A stretch of 64,000 nt of DNA from contig DATJAY010000028.1 of the NCBI GenBank assembly GCA_035515795.1, forward strand, positions 5,296-69,295, given 5' to 3'. Below the pieces are notes generated by a model. That model worked only from the letters and a program-made list of their open reading frames with translations. It had not been told where the DNA came from and did no database searches. A program made the translations under genes and the position numbers. Source of the DNA: Candidatus Acidiferrales bacterium. Lineage in GTDB: Bacteria > Bacteroidota > Ignavibacteria > Kryptoniales > JAKASW01. Shown here piece by piece: positions 9,601-19,100 of the stretch (its first letter is position 1; every line of letters begins with the position of its first letter).

Positions 9601-9965
9601 TAGTTATCGAGCGTCACGAGTAGACCGATCTTGCCTTCGACCGGTCTCCCGAAAATGCTGTCCGGCAGAACGAAAGCTTTTCTTATCCAGCAGGAATCAT
9701 CATCGATTTCATCACCAAGTCTCTTGTTATCCCACAGCGAGTCGTCAAAATCCAAGGAAGTGGGATCTCCTTTTACGGGGTTGCCTAGATCGGGGCTAAC
9801 TTTCCAATTATCTACAGAAGCCGTCGCAGCAAGAGAATCGAGTGAAGAAGAAAGTCTATCTACGTTTGATTGCCGGGAATTTGCGGATGGATTAGTTTGT
9901 GCTCTTCCGTAGGAAAGAGTTGCGAACAGCGACAAAAAAAAGGCAAATCGGCAAAGGAATTTCAT
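6603..9965 (-). CDS. GH38 alpha-mannosidase with signal peptide and an N-terminal jelly-roll-like extension
   Basis: GH38 core motif FVSNAHIDAAWLWRYIET, then GGMWIEPDCNLPSGES and FHDILPGSG. Signal peptide MKFLCRFAFFLSLFATLSYGRAQ runs from the ATG at 9965, which has GGAGG 8 nt upstream. The 9980 ATG is an alternative start. Confidence 0.85.
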   Translation of the reverse strand: MKFLCRFAFFLSLFATLSYGRAQTNPSANSRQSNVDRLSSSLDSLAATASVDNWKVSPDLGNPVKGDPTSLDFDDSLWDNKRLGDEIDDDSCWIRKAFVLPDSIFGRPVEGKIGLLVTLDNYGYMWINGESKGYFPFTKEFVLTDNARPGMRFVIAIKAVNGGAMIHLLQAELRSGVINEIPDMMRDVALSFRVGQKILSFDTYQTNARVRVDPHIDKSKMDRDEKIRLNDLLQKLAGEINVDALKTGDDTKFVVSVNSVRPKLKPISEFVKQYTLYFVSNAHIDAAWLWRYIETVQVCRNTFASVLHMMDARPDLTYAQSAAAYYNWMEENYPDVFNGIKQRVKDGRWEVVGGMWIEPDCNLPSGESWMHQLLYSQNYFKKNLGVEAKIGWNPDSFGYDWNMPEFYRNAGIDAFITQKIGWNETDVFPYRVFWWESPDGSRILSYFPFDYVNEISNPYRLVDWLRQFEANTGFADMMVLFGVGDHGGGPSLEMMERIDRLKTLDIYPKVEFGTVTNYLKWLKSQDISKLPVWDSELYLEYHQGTFTTQSETKKSNRKSEVLMTTAEKFSTVATIYDRDYNNRDLETAWRDVMFNQFHDILPGSGIRENYIDAAKRYKKVNEIGKYQLDGSLERIEEHINTSAIKGKTVVGELHFGDTLIVRRTMVESKPIVVFNPLSWSRTDVVKLELPPEYAASGKGESSYYSIFDSGGREVPSQIVQKSEYSREIIFVADSVPSLGYKVYELRDVKPDAKTQNLASQQLEIDTTFLENQFYRVVIDPDSGWVKNIYDKRNKREVLTGEGNRLQFLEDNPKEWDAWNIGFTGVEYPSKLRKVEVVEKGPVRVVLRVCRDFLRPGQVGVFPTDNFPSSFFNQDIILYNGVDRVDFGLDADWWETHVMLKVAFPLDVQDSLATYEIPYGSIVRHTIPTNSWERAKFEVPAERWADMSNNGFGVSLLNQAKYGYDTRGSTMRLSLLRSPVWPDPTADRGEHEIKYAIYSHDGTWKDGGTVHQAYQYNYPLIAFVGTIHKGDLPLSHSFIQLTPSNLVLTIAKVAERSNAWVIQWYEAVGKDSNADLVLPMTPKKVVESSFLEDDGNPVPFKGNHVNLMTKKNSVATIKVYF

Positions 9966-10111
9966 CTTGCGACCCTCCATTTAAAGGATGAATCAGAACC
10001 TCAACCGCAAGCTAAGACTGCCGACTAATTTCGCCTTTTTTCTTTTGCGAAGCAATCTCACAACAAAACATGTGAAGTGTCAATCGAGAATGCCCGGAGG
10101 AAGTCCCCGGT

Positions 10112-12934
10112 TCAGATCCAGCTTTTCTTCAACAGAACGGTCTTCACAAATTGTGTGAGAGTCACATAGGACAGCAAAGTCATGAACAAGATGGGCCAAT
10201 ATAACACGGGAAGGGCCACCAACCCTAGCGAAGACGCAAACGGAGAGAACGGAAGCCAGATTCCGAAGGCGATAATAATTCCCGTGGTTATCATCAGCGG
10301 CACGCTTGGACGGCTTTGCAAGAATGGAATCTTATTCGTCCGTATGACATGGATGATCAGAGTCTGTGTCATCAACGACTCGACGAACCAACCTGTCTGG
10401 AACAGCGAGGCATGTACCGGGTTCCAGCAATAAAAAATATAGAGCATCACAAAGTATGTCGTATAGTCGAAAATCGAACTTATAGGACCGATGAAGATTA
10501 TGAATTTCCTAATTTCATCTATAGACCAGGGTCTCGGCCTCGTGATCTGTTCCGGATCAACGCTATCGGTCGGGATTGGAATCTGCGATATATCATAGAG
10601 AAAATTATTTGTCAGAATTTGTATCGGAGCCATCGGCAGAAAAGGAAGAATCGCGCTTGCGCCCAGCACGCTGAACATGTTTCCGAAATTGGAACTTGCG
10701 CCCATCCTGATGTACTTCAAAATGTTGTTGAATACTTTCCTTCCCTCCAGCACTCCTTCTTCGAGCACCATCAAACTCTTCTCGAGCAGGATAATATCGG
10801 CAGATTCCTTGGCAATATCGACCGCAGTATCAACTGAGATACCGACGTCCGCCACGCGGAGCGCAGGCGCGTCGTTAATGCCATCCCCCATAAATCCGAC
10901 GACATGCTTTCGCTGTCTCAGAACATCGATAATTCGCTTCTTATGCGTGGGAGAAAGTCTCGCGAAAAGCGTCGTCCTCTCCGATGCTTCCGCCAGCTCT
11001 TCGTCCGACATATTTTCAATTTCATTCCCGATCAAAGTATATTCCGTAGAAAGGCCCACTTCATGGCACACTTTTTTGGCGACAAGATCATTGTCTCCCG
11101 TCAAAACTTTTACCGCAACTCCGTGCTGCTGCAGCGCGCCAATCGCCGGTGCCGTGGTTTCTTTAGGAGGATCGAGAAATGCGAGATATCCCTTCAAGAC
11201 AAGATCTTGTTCTTCATCTTTTGAATAAGCAGGTTTTTTTTCTACATCCTTGAATGCGACCGCGAGGACGCGAAATCCGTCCATGCTCAACCTCTCGTAT
11301 TCCTCTTTCAAATCTTGAATGAGGACCGGGTCCATCGGAAGTATGTCGCCTTCCAGCTCGAACCACGTGCACCGCTTGAAGATCTCTTCGGGCGCACCTT
11401 TAGTGAGCAGCCTGTATTCCTCCTTGGGCGAACAGACAACTACCGACATGAGGCGGCGGGAAAAATCAAAAGGTATCTCGTCAACTTTTAAATAATCCGA
11501 GATCGATACTACTTTTTTCACTTCTTCGTGTTGAAGGACAGCGCGGTCTAGAACGTTTCTAAGCCCGGTCTGGAAATGGCTGACGAGAAACGCATCTTTT
11601 AAGACTTCATCGTCTTCCTTTTGTACCACATCGCAATGCTGTTCCAGTATGACATGATCCATCGTCAGTGTGCCTGTCTTGTCGGTGCACAAAACATCCA
11701 TGGCGCCGAAGTTCTGAATTGAATTCAAACGTTTGACGATCACCTTTTTTCGAGACATCAGCATTGCCCCCTTTGACAGGCAAACCGAAACGATCATCGG
11801 GAGCATCTCAGGAGTCAGACCCACTGCAACTGCAAGAGCGAAGAAAAACGCTTCGATCCAATTGTGTTTCGTCAGCCAGTTTATGAGAAAGACGGTCGGC
11901 GCCATGAAAAAAATAAACTGGATCATCAATACGGTAAACCGGTTGACACCCTTGTCGAAGCTCGTCTCGACCGGATGGGCCGTGATGCTTCTTGCCATCT
12001 GCCCGAAGTATGTATTCGAACCCGTGTTGACCACAACCGCGGTGGCACTTCCGCTTTCCACACTCGTGCCTAGATAGCAAATATTGGAAAGTTCCAGCAG
12101 CGAATCCTTAGACTCCGGCGCGTCAAATTTTTCCACCGGCATGGATTCGCCTGTGAGCGACGCTTGAATGATAAATAAATCTTTGGATGAAACAATTCTG
12201 ACATCTGCCGGAATCATATCCCCCGCAGCCAATTTCACAACATCGCCAGGCACAACTTCCTTAAGCGGAATTTCCACCTCCTGTCCGTCGCGAAGGACCG
12301 CAGTGGTGACTTTAATCATCGCCTTCAACGCAGCCGCCGCTTTATCCGCCCGCGACTCCTGTATGAACCTCAATGCCACGCCCATAACCACCATGCCCAG
12401 CATCACGACCCCCGATCTGACATCTTCCGTAGCAAATGCTATCACCGCGAGTATCGACAACAGTATGACCAGCGGATTCCTTATGGAATCTAAAAATCGC
12501 GCCCAGCCTCCATGCTTCTTCTCCTGTGCCACCTCATTGAATCCGTGTTCCTCTATACGCTTTTCAATTTCTTCCTGAGGAAGTCCGGAAGGCTGAGTCT
12601 CCATAGATCTGTATACTTCTTCCGACTGAAGCTTCGACGCTTCAATCACGCGCTGTGCAGAAGCAGATTTAACGCTCGACCTCGAAAAACCCTCATCGGC
12701 CTTATTGATGCCGTTGCTTTTTAAGATCGAAAATAATTTTTCCAGACCGGTAGTTCTTATGTTTTTTCCGTTTACCTGTGCCATGATAATTCTTTCTAGG
12801 ACAAAGAGGCAGAAATTTCTTGAAAATTTAATTCCGATTTTCAAAAGATTCCACACATTCCCGGAAAATTCGAGATTTGTCGAGCCGGAAACGCTCGAAG
12901 TCGTAAATCCTGGATTTGGAATTTTCTCCGACAT
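10112..12934 (-). CDS. mgtA: Mg2+-importing P-type ATPase
   Basis: Contains DKTGTLT, TGDN, GDGINDAPAL and TGES, with ten TM segments, and is MgtA-like over its whole length. The start is ambiguous. The ATG at 12934 has AGGAG 9 nt upstream. The ATG at 12784 (MAQVNGK...) fits the E. coli MgtA length better. The 13006 start overlaps ispE. Confidence 0.9.
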   Translation of the reverse strand: MSEKIPNPGFTTSSVSGSTNLEFSGNVWNLLKIGIKFSRNFCLFVLERIIMAQVNGKNIRTTGLEKLFSILKSNGINKADEGFSRSSVKSASAQRVIEASKLQSEEVYRSMETQPSGLPQEEIEKRIEEHGFNEVAQEKKHGGWARFLDSIRNPLVILLSILAVIAFATEDVRSGVVMLGMVVMGVALRFIQESRADKAAAALKAMIKVTTAVLRDGQEVEIPLKEVVPGDVVKLAAGDMIPADVRIVSSKDLFIIQASLTGESMPVEKFDAPESKDSLLELSNICYLGTSVESGSATAVVVNTGSNTYFGQMARSITAHPVETSFDKGVNRFTVLMIQFIFFMAPTVFLINWLTKHNWIEAFFFALAVAVGLTPEMLPMIVSVCLSKGAMLMSRKKVIVKRLNSIQNFGAMDVLCTDKTGTLTMDHVILEQHCDVVQKEDDEVLKDAFLVSHFQTGLRNVLDRAVLQHEEVKKVVSISDYLKVDEIPFDFSRRLMSVVVCSPKEEYRLLTKGAPEEIFKRCTWFELEGDILPMDPVLIQDLKEEYERLSMDGFRVLAVAFKDVEKKPAYSKDEEQDLVLKGYLAFLDPPKETTAPAIGALQQHGVAVKVLTGDNDLVAKKVCHEVGLSTEYTLIGNEIENMSDEELAEASERTTLFARLSPTHKKRIIDVLRQRKHVVGFMGDGINDAPALRVADVGISVDTAVDIAKESADIILLEKSLMVLEEGVLEGRKVFNNILKYIRMGASSNFGNMFSVLGASAILPFLPMAPIQILTNNFLYDISQIPIPTDSVDPEQITRPRPWSIDEIRKFIIFIGPISSIFDYTTYFVMLYIFYCWNPVHASLFQTGWFVESLMTQTLIIHVIRTNKIPFLQSRPSVPLMITTGIIIAFGIWLPFSPFASSLGLVALPVLYWPILFMTLLSYVTLTQFVKTVLLKKSWI

Positions 12935-12974
12935 TGAATTGAACTCCTGATTTAATAGAATTATTTTAACCCGT

Positions 12975-13832
12975 ATGAAACTTCTCGCTCCGGCAAAAAT
13001 TAACATCGGCCTCCGCGTGATCCGGAAACGCTCCGATACATATCATGACATTGAAACGGTCTTTTATCCGATTCACCTTGCCGATGAACTGGAAATAATC
13101 GAATCGGACAAGCATGAGTTCTATTCGAACATTCATCTTGAAGCAGATGCAAACCTTTGTCTTAAGGCCCTGCACTTTTTCTGCGAGCGAACTGGAATCA
13201 ACGCAGAAGTCAAAATGGTTCTCAACAAAAATATCCCGATCGGGAGCGGGCTTGGCGGCGGCAGCTCCGATGCTGCCGCGGTCCTCCTCGCACTCCAGGA
13301 ACTCTACGGAAAACCTCTCTGTGAAATTGAACTTCACGACATCGCCGTCCAGCTCGGTGCAGACGTGCCATTTTTTTTGTCTCGAAAGAATGCGTCTGGA
13401 AACAGAGCGCCATCTTACGCAACCGGGAAGGGAGAAGTAATTGAACCGATCGATCTGAATATTACAGATTTCATCTTAACGGTAACCCCGAACCTTTCGG
13501 TCTCGACTGCCACCGCATATTCGTTGGTGAAACCGACAGGCGTTAAGCGCAAATTATTAAGAGATGTTTTGCTCGATTTAGGGAATCGTTATGATGCTTA
13601 CAAAGATGTCGTTGTAAACGATTTCGAGACTGAAATACTAAAAAAATTCCCAACCATCGGCGAAATAAAGGCGGAAATGTACAAACAGGGGGCCCAGTTT
13701 GCTCTGATGTCAGGAAGCGGAAGCAGCATCTATGGATTCTTTGGAACCAAAGAAGACGCTATCGAAGCACAGGAAATCTTGAATAGAAAATTCACATTGC
13801 AGGCAACAGACATAACGCCTCCTCATAACTGA
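12975..13832 (+). CDS. ispE: 4-diphosphocytidyl-2-C-methyl-D-erythritol kinase
   Basis: MKLLAPAKINIGLRV at the N-terminus, and the GHMP-kinase motif NKNIPIGSGLGGGSSDAAAVL. Confidence 0.9.
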   Translation: MKLLAPAKINIGLRVIRKRSDTYHDIETVFYPIHLADELEIIESDKHEFYSNIHLEADANLCLKALHFFCERTGINAEVKMVLNKNIPIGSGLGGGSSDAAAVLLALQELYGKPLCEIELHDIAVQLGADVPFFLSRKNASGNRAPSYATGKGEVIEPIDLNITDFILTVTPNLSVSTATAYSLVKPTGVKRKLLRDVLLDLGNRYDAYKDVVVNDFETEILKKFPTIGEIKAEMYKQGAQFALMSGSGSSIYGFFGTKEDAIEAQEILNRKFTLQATDITPPHN

Positions 13833-13963
13833 CAAGATGAAAAGGCGTGCAGGTTTGAAGAGTTCCGCATTGGGGAAGTTGCACGAATAATCTAAAGTAA
13901 ATTCTTAACCATATCACAATACTCCAAAAACAATGATTTAACATGCAATAAATAGATTAATGC

Positions 13964-14983
13964 ATGGAATCATGGAATACTTCATTTGCGACGCAGGGCA
14001 TTGAATCGGAAAACACAGGAGCCAAGTTCAAGATAGCGCATATTTCCGATACTCACATAAGCCCAGAATACAATAGACAAAACATTTTTAAGCTTAAAGA
14101 CCTCTTGGGGCAGATCGTCGACGAGAATTATGATCATGTAGTTATTACTGGCGATATTGCCGGCCACGCCGAAGAGCGGGACTTCAAATCAGTCAGGCGA
14201 ATTCTGAAATATTTCGGACTCCTCGATTATGAGAAGTTGACGGTGACGATCGGCAACCATGATGTCTTCGGAGGGGTTCATCGTGCGGAAGATTTACTGT
14301 CATTTGGAAACCATTGCAGATCTGTAAACTATGCGGAGAAAATAGTTCTCTTCGAGAAGGCGTTCAGAGAAACATTCCCCAAGAAAGTTTATGAGAGCCA
14401 AAGAGTGTTCCCCTTTGTAAAGATCATCGGACCCGCTGTCTTCGTCGGGATAAATTCGGTAAGACCATTCCATCCGTTGTTCAATCCGTTCGGCTCAAAC
14501 GGTCACGTCTCGGAACGTCAGCTGCAGGCGGTCGAGCGGATTCTCAGTCATCCTTCTGTGGAAGGTCTTGCTAAGATTGCGCTGATCCACCACCACTTTA
14601 ACAAATACAAACCGTATTCTTCTTCAATCGCGGACAGACTTTATCACGTTTTTGAATCTCAGACGTTGAAGCTCCATGAGCGAACAAAAGTAAAAGATGC
14701 TTTCAGAAAACTTGGAGTTGCCGGGGCGCTTCATGGGCACACCCATCTTGAAGAAATCTATTCAAGCGACGGAATTTTTTATTCAAGCACAGCACTAAAT
14801 CCGATCAGGGGCAAAACCGACATGAACGAATCGCCAAGAGCGGATCGGCTCGTCTTCAATGAGATCGCAATAAGCGAGAGTGGGACAATCACTTCAAAGA
14901 AACGGGGAATTCTGTTCTCCGACCGAATCTCTTCGGAACGAGAAGGATTAACCCAACCTCAGCATAACAGCACTGCGGCTTAG
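13964..14983 (+). CDS. Calcineurin-like metallophosphoesterase
   Basis: Motifs ISDTHIS, ITGDIAGH, IGNHDVFGG, IHHHF and HGHTH. Confidence 0.7.
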   Translation: MESWNTSFATQGIESENTGAKFKIAHISDTHISPEYNRQNIFKLKDLLGQIVDENYDHVVITGDIAGHAEERDFKSVRRILKYFGLLDYEKLTVTIGNHDVFGGVHRAEDLLSFGNHCRSVNYAEKIVLFEKAFRETFPKKVYESQRVFPFVKIIGPAVFVGINSVRPFHPLFNPFGSNGHVSERQLQAVERILSHPSVEGLAKIALIHHHFNKYKPYSSSIADRLYHVFESQTLKLHERTKVKDAFRKLGVAGALHGHTHLEEIYSSDGIFYSSTALNPIRGKTDMNESPRADRLVFNEIAISESGTITSKKRGILFSDRISSEREGLTQPQHNSTAA

Positions 14984-14989
14984 ACCTAG

Positions 14990-15010
14990 CCTTCTCCTAA
15001 CAGGAGAGGG
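14990..15010. terminator. Stem-loop between convergent genes
   Basis: CCTTCTCCT-aac-AGGAGAGGG (9-bp stem with one G-U pair). It sits between the stop at 14983 (+) and the stop at 15019 (-). No T-run on either side. Confidence 0.4.
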
Positions 15011-15018
15011 AACAAACC

Positions 15019-16014
15019 TCAAAGATTAACCGCCACATTTACTCGCGTTTGATAACCGAGGCCCTGCGGTAACGGAGTTACATCAACGCTGGTTTGAACA
15101 AGCTTGTTGTGCGCATGCGCCCAGATCGCGGCTTCGATGGCCGAAAGGAAATGGTTCGCTATGACCACTCCGATTGCCGTTCCGGCGACTGCGTAAAGAT
15201 TATTTGCCAGGCCGCGCTGTCCCATGTAATAATTGTCTTGACCTACCTCGACGCCATATTTGAGCTGCTCGTACGTAACAACAGTGTCCGTGGCCGCGGC
15301 AGGATTCCAACCTTCCCTAAACTGGGGATACTTTCCGATAAGTTCGTAGTACTGCTGGTCGCCGTACGGTGGAAGTTTATGGGTGAAAAACTGACCTGGT
15401 GTCGTCTGACCAAGGATGGATTCAATCTCGTTAAGTTTTCCAAAATCCACTTTCTGCCATGGTGCAGGTCCGTCGTTTACGAACATTTCATTCAACAAGT
15501 TCTGAGTTGCCTGGTCGGGGTTCGGATCCCAGGAATTAAAATTAAGCTTTATCCACTGAGCATAACGGAGAACGCTGTAATTGGCGTCCGCATAATTCTG
15601 GAAAAAAGTCGTCTGGTTATTTCCTTTGTTTATCCAGATAATATTTACTGCAATGGCAGCAGCCTCGATAGCAAGAAAGCCGGCGGCTGTGATATAGTTT
15701 ACCGTCCCGCCATTGTAAACCTGGCCTGCTCCGGGAACCACCAGAGAAAACAAACCCGCTTTCAGCGAAGAACGAGTCTCCAGCAAGTACAGCGAATCCC
15801 TGTGTGACAGACTTTCCGGCTGCGCTGCAATGCCGATCAATAAATCATGCCCCGTCATGCTTTGTCTCTCGAACGTTGCACCCGGGAAAAGATCCTGCGA
15901 CAAGACTCCCGTAAGTCTATCTGCAGACCGGCCAGCTTCTAAAAAGGGAACGCGGGATTGGGCCTCCGCCGATGCACCAATCATCAATAATAATAAGACG
16001 ATTAGCTTTTTCAT
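15019..16014 (-). CDS. Secreted or membrane hypothetical protein; last gene of the porU-porV cluster
   Basis: Signal peptide MKKLIVLLLLMIGASAEAQ. An internal hydrophobic segment, PGAGQVYNGG...AAGFLAIEAAAIAVNIIWI, reminds me of the DUF5683 PGxGQxYN motif; this is not verified. Confidence 0.55.
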   Translation of the reverse strand: MKKLIVLLLLMIGASAEAQSRVPFLEAGRSADRLTGVLSQDLFPGATFERQSMTGHDLLIGIAAQPESLSHRDSLYLLETRSSLKAGLFSLVVPGAGQVYNGGTVNYITAAGFLAIEAAAIAVNIIWINKGNNQTTFFQNYADANYSVLRYAQWIKLNFNSWDPNPDQATQNLLNEMFVNDGPAPWQKVDFGKLNEIESILGQTTPGQFFTHKLPPYGDQQYYELIGKYPQFREGWNPAAATDTVVTYEQLKYGVEVGQDNYYMGQRGLANNLYAVAGTAIGVVIANHFLSAIEAAIWAHAHNKLVQTSVDVTPLPQGLGYQTRVNVAVNL

Positions 16015-16112
16015 CTTTGAATCCTTTCTTTCACTTCTATTATGGTCTGTAGCCGGTTTTCCCCTTGTGTTCCCTCAGCCTGCTATCTTGGTGATCTCTT
16101 GCTTCTGTTCCA

Positions 16113-19100
16113 TCATTGCATCTCTTTGAATCCCTGTCTCCCGAAATCTATTATGTCGAACGAAAACGTCAAGCCAAAATAAAATCTCCATTCCTTTCCG
16201 TATGTGGCGCTTCCATATGGCACTCCTGTCTGGTAGTCGCGGAGCTGGAGTGTGAATTTATCCAATCCGTAACAGGCGTCGAAAAAAATCGCCGTCGGAA
16301 AAGCGTAGAACGAGAACCCGCTCATCCTCAATTCCCCGCCTAAGTCTCTTCTGAATTTCGTGCCGGTCACGGTACCGCTCCAGCAATTTCCGACATCGCC
16401 GAAACCCGAAAGATAAACGTCGCTCAGATAGAATTGAAGTAGCTGCTTGTCGACATCTCTGAAAAGCGGATATCTGTATGTGAGGTTCAATGTGAGCAGC
16501 TTGTTCCCGCCAATTGCGTAAAACGGATAGCCTCTCATCCCGATCAGGCCGCCGGCGTAAAAATTGTAGAAGTCGTTTATTTGCGGTCCAAAGGTGTAAC
16601 CGAGATGCAGTTTCGCAGCTAACGCGTCATCGTCCCTTAATAGTGGTACAGCAAAATAATTCATCAGCTCGGCCTGGAAAAAATTAGAAGGCTTATATAT
16701 CGGGATGATAAGACTCGACGCCTCCAGACTATCACTTAGTTTGTTCAATGCTGCTGAGAATCTGAGTCTCGTTTTGACTCCGAGCGGATTGATCCAGGAA
16801 TTCCTCGCAGGAGAGATCCCATCGAAATCGAACTGCGCATAAAAAGTTCTCCCGATGAAATAGACATATCCTAAAGATGACCACAGATATTCTGTCACGG
16901 TATCCTTAAATGCAGATTGTTCCACGTCATATCTATCGAAAGTAAATCCCAACGTCAAATTTAGAAAAGGAGAAATGATTTGTCCGCTGAACGCCCCATC
17001 GACCTCAATCAGATCGTAGGTAATCGCAACATTTGGAATCGTATCACCGCCGAGGTTAAAGGTTGCGGATGTCTGCCTCGTAAGATTGTACGCAGTTAAA
17101 GTAAACTTCGGAAAAATTCCAAGCGACGAGAGCCCCGGGATCCTGTCGTTGTAATCGAGCTGAAAAAAAATATCGCGCTCGAAAAGTTTGTTCAGTGTGA
17201 TCCCGCCGAAAATGTCATATTTCCCGATTACATCCTCGGAAGTGAAATACAGGCCTCCTTTCAATTCATCCAGGAAGCTCACATGGGGATTATAGTTGTC
17301 GAATAGGAGCACAGGATAGAACGACAGGCTGGTCGTCCTGCTGCTATATGGCTTCGACACATAAGTGGCCATTTCTTCGGATGACTTCTCGTGAGGCGCA
17401 TCTTGGGTTTGCGGAGCGATGCCTTGCGTATCCGTTGATTCTGCAATTTGCGATGCGGGTTCTATTTCTGCCTTGTATGCCGGCGGATTGGAAATCGGCG
17501 AAGCGCTCTCGATATCTGCTATTTTGTATCCATTCCATTGATACGAGGAACAAACAAGATCACCGCTTTTTGAAAACGTCGGCATGAACGCGCCTCCGAG
17601 GACATTCGTCAACGCTACTGTTGCTCCGCTGTAGAGATTCTCCTCATAAATATTGAATATTCCCGAACGATCGGATGAATAGACCAAACTGCTATCGTTG
17701 TCGGCAAAGATCGCATCGCGGGAGTCTTCGCCTCCCGGAGTCACAAATTTAACGGAGCTGTCCGCAAAACTATAAATGCCGATCTGCCGCGATGAGTCGA
17801 CGGAATAATCGAACGCAATCTTCGAACCGTCATTCGACCAGCGGGTCGAGTAAATCTGCTCGCCGTTTCCATAGTCCGTTAATTTCTTAATGCCGGAAAT
17901 CTTGTTCTCTGCAAGATCGACGTCGGCGCAAAACAGATTCAAGGTCCCGTCACTGCCGGCAACAAACGCGACTCTCCTGCCGTCGTGTGAAAGCGAAGAA
18001 TACTCCGCCCGTGATCCGTCAGTCAACCTCTCTTCATCACCGGTGGTCAAATTGTACGAATACAAATCGTAAAGGTCGTCCCAGTGCGGGTTGTGCCGGT
18101 CCAGCTTTGAATAAACCAGATAATTCCCGTCCGGAGACCATGAAAGCTCGCTCGCCGTGTGATCGGTCACTTCTTTCTCCGAACTGTCAGCAAGATTGTA
18201 CACGTAAATCGAGGAGGTTCCAAAATAATCATTATCTTTATTGGAGCAATAAGCTATCCTCTTCCCGTCGGGCGAAAACACCGGGAAGAGATTCGCGAAT
18301 CCAACGTCACGGATAATTCTCCCTTGATGCAATGCCTCGTTTATTTTTTCCGTCCTCGTTTCGTAATTCTCTTCCAAAAATTTTTCCCACTCACCATAAA
18401 CTTGCGTGCCCGATTTGCCAAGCACCTTCTTGAAAGCCTGATCGATCGATACTGCATCGATGGAGCTCATTGCATCCGACAGTTCTCTCAACACGCCGGA
18501 CCCATACTTGCCCGCCAGATAATGAACAAACGCAAAACCCGCGTTGTATGTAGATTCATTGCCGAGGCTCGTCTTGCCGAACCCTCCCATTTCCTCCAGT
18601 GTAAGCATCTTATGATTTAAAACGTACATCCGCAAAATCATATCGCGGTGCGTGTCCCACGTGTCATGCTCAAAATTCAGATGTGGAACGTTGTACTGCG
18701 CGACCCCTTCTGCAAACCACGCCGGGACAACTATCCCGCTCAGCGGATAACTTACGACGACATTCGGATAACCGTAAAGAACATCCGGCCTTCTCTCCGC
18801 TTCGTATCCGAGCCACTGGAGATAAATTGCGGGGAGCTGCCTGCCAAATTTCATCGCGGTTTGCATCTGGACATCGTGGGTGAATTCATGCGTCACGACA
18901 TCCCGCAGCCAATTGTGAGTGCCGCGGAGCGCGAAATCGAGGTTGGACGCCCAGATGTTGATCTTGTTATCGAAGAAATAAGTTTCGCCGTTCGAGTAAT
19001 CGTCGTTGTCCCAGATGACAAAGGAAACTTTTTGTGTCGGCTCATGATGGTACAGAGAGGTTACAGCCGGGTACATTTGTTCTGCAATTTTTGCAACGAG

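Noticed and set aside
12785-12974. An M-box (ykoK-type) Mg2+ riboswitch in the leader of mgtA.
   Set aside because: I read both strands for the conserved GTTAGGTGAGGC-type core and the downstream conserved segments and found none. Only a short hairpin (TCGAGC-cggaaac-GCTCGA) is present. A covariance-model scan (Rfam RF00380) would settle it.
12935-13006. The longest mgtA start at 13006 (964-aa ORF-track version).
   Set aside because: It would overlap the ispE start codon region on the opposite strand, and it adds a non-homologous leader. Internal starts at 12934 or 12784 are better supported.
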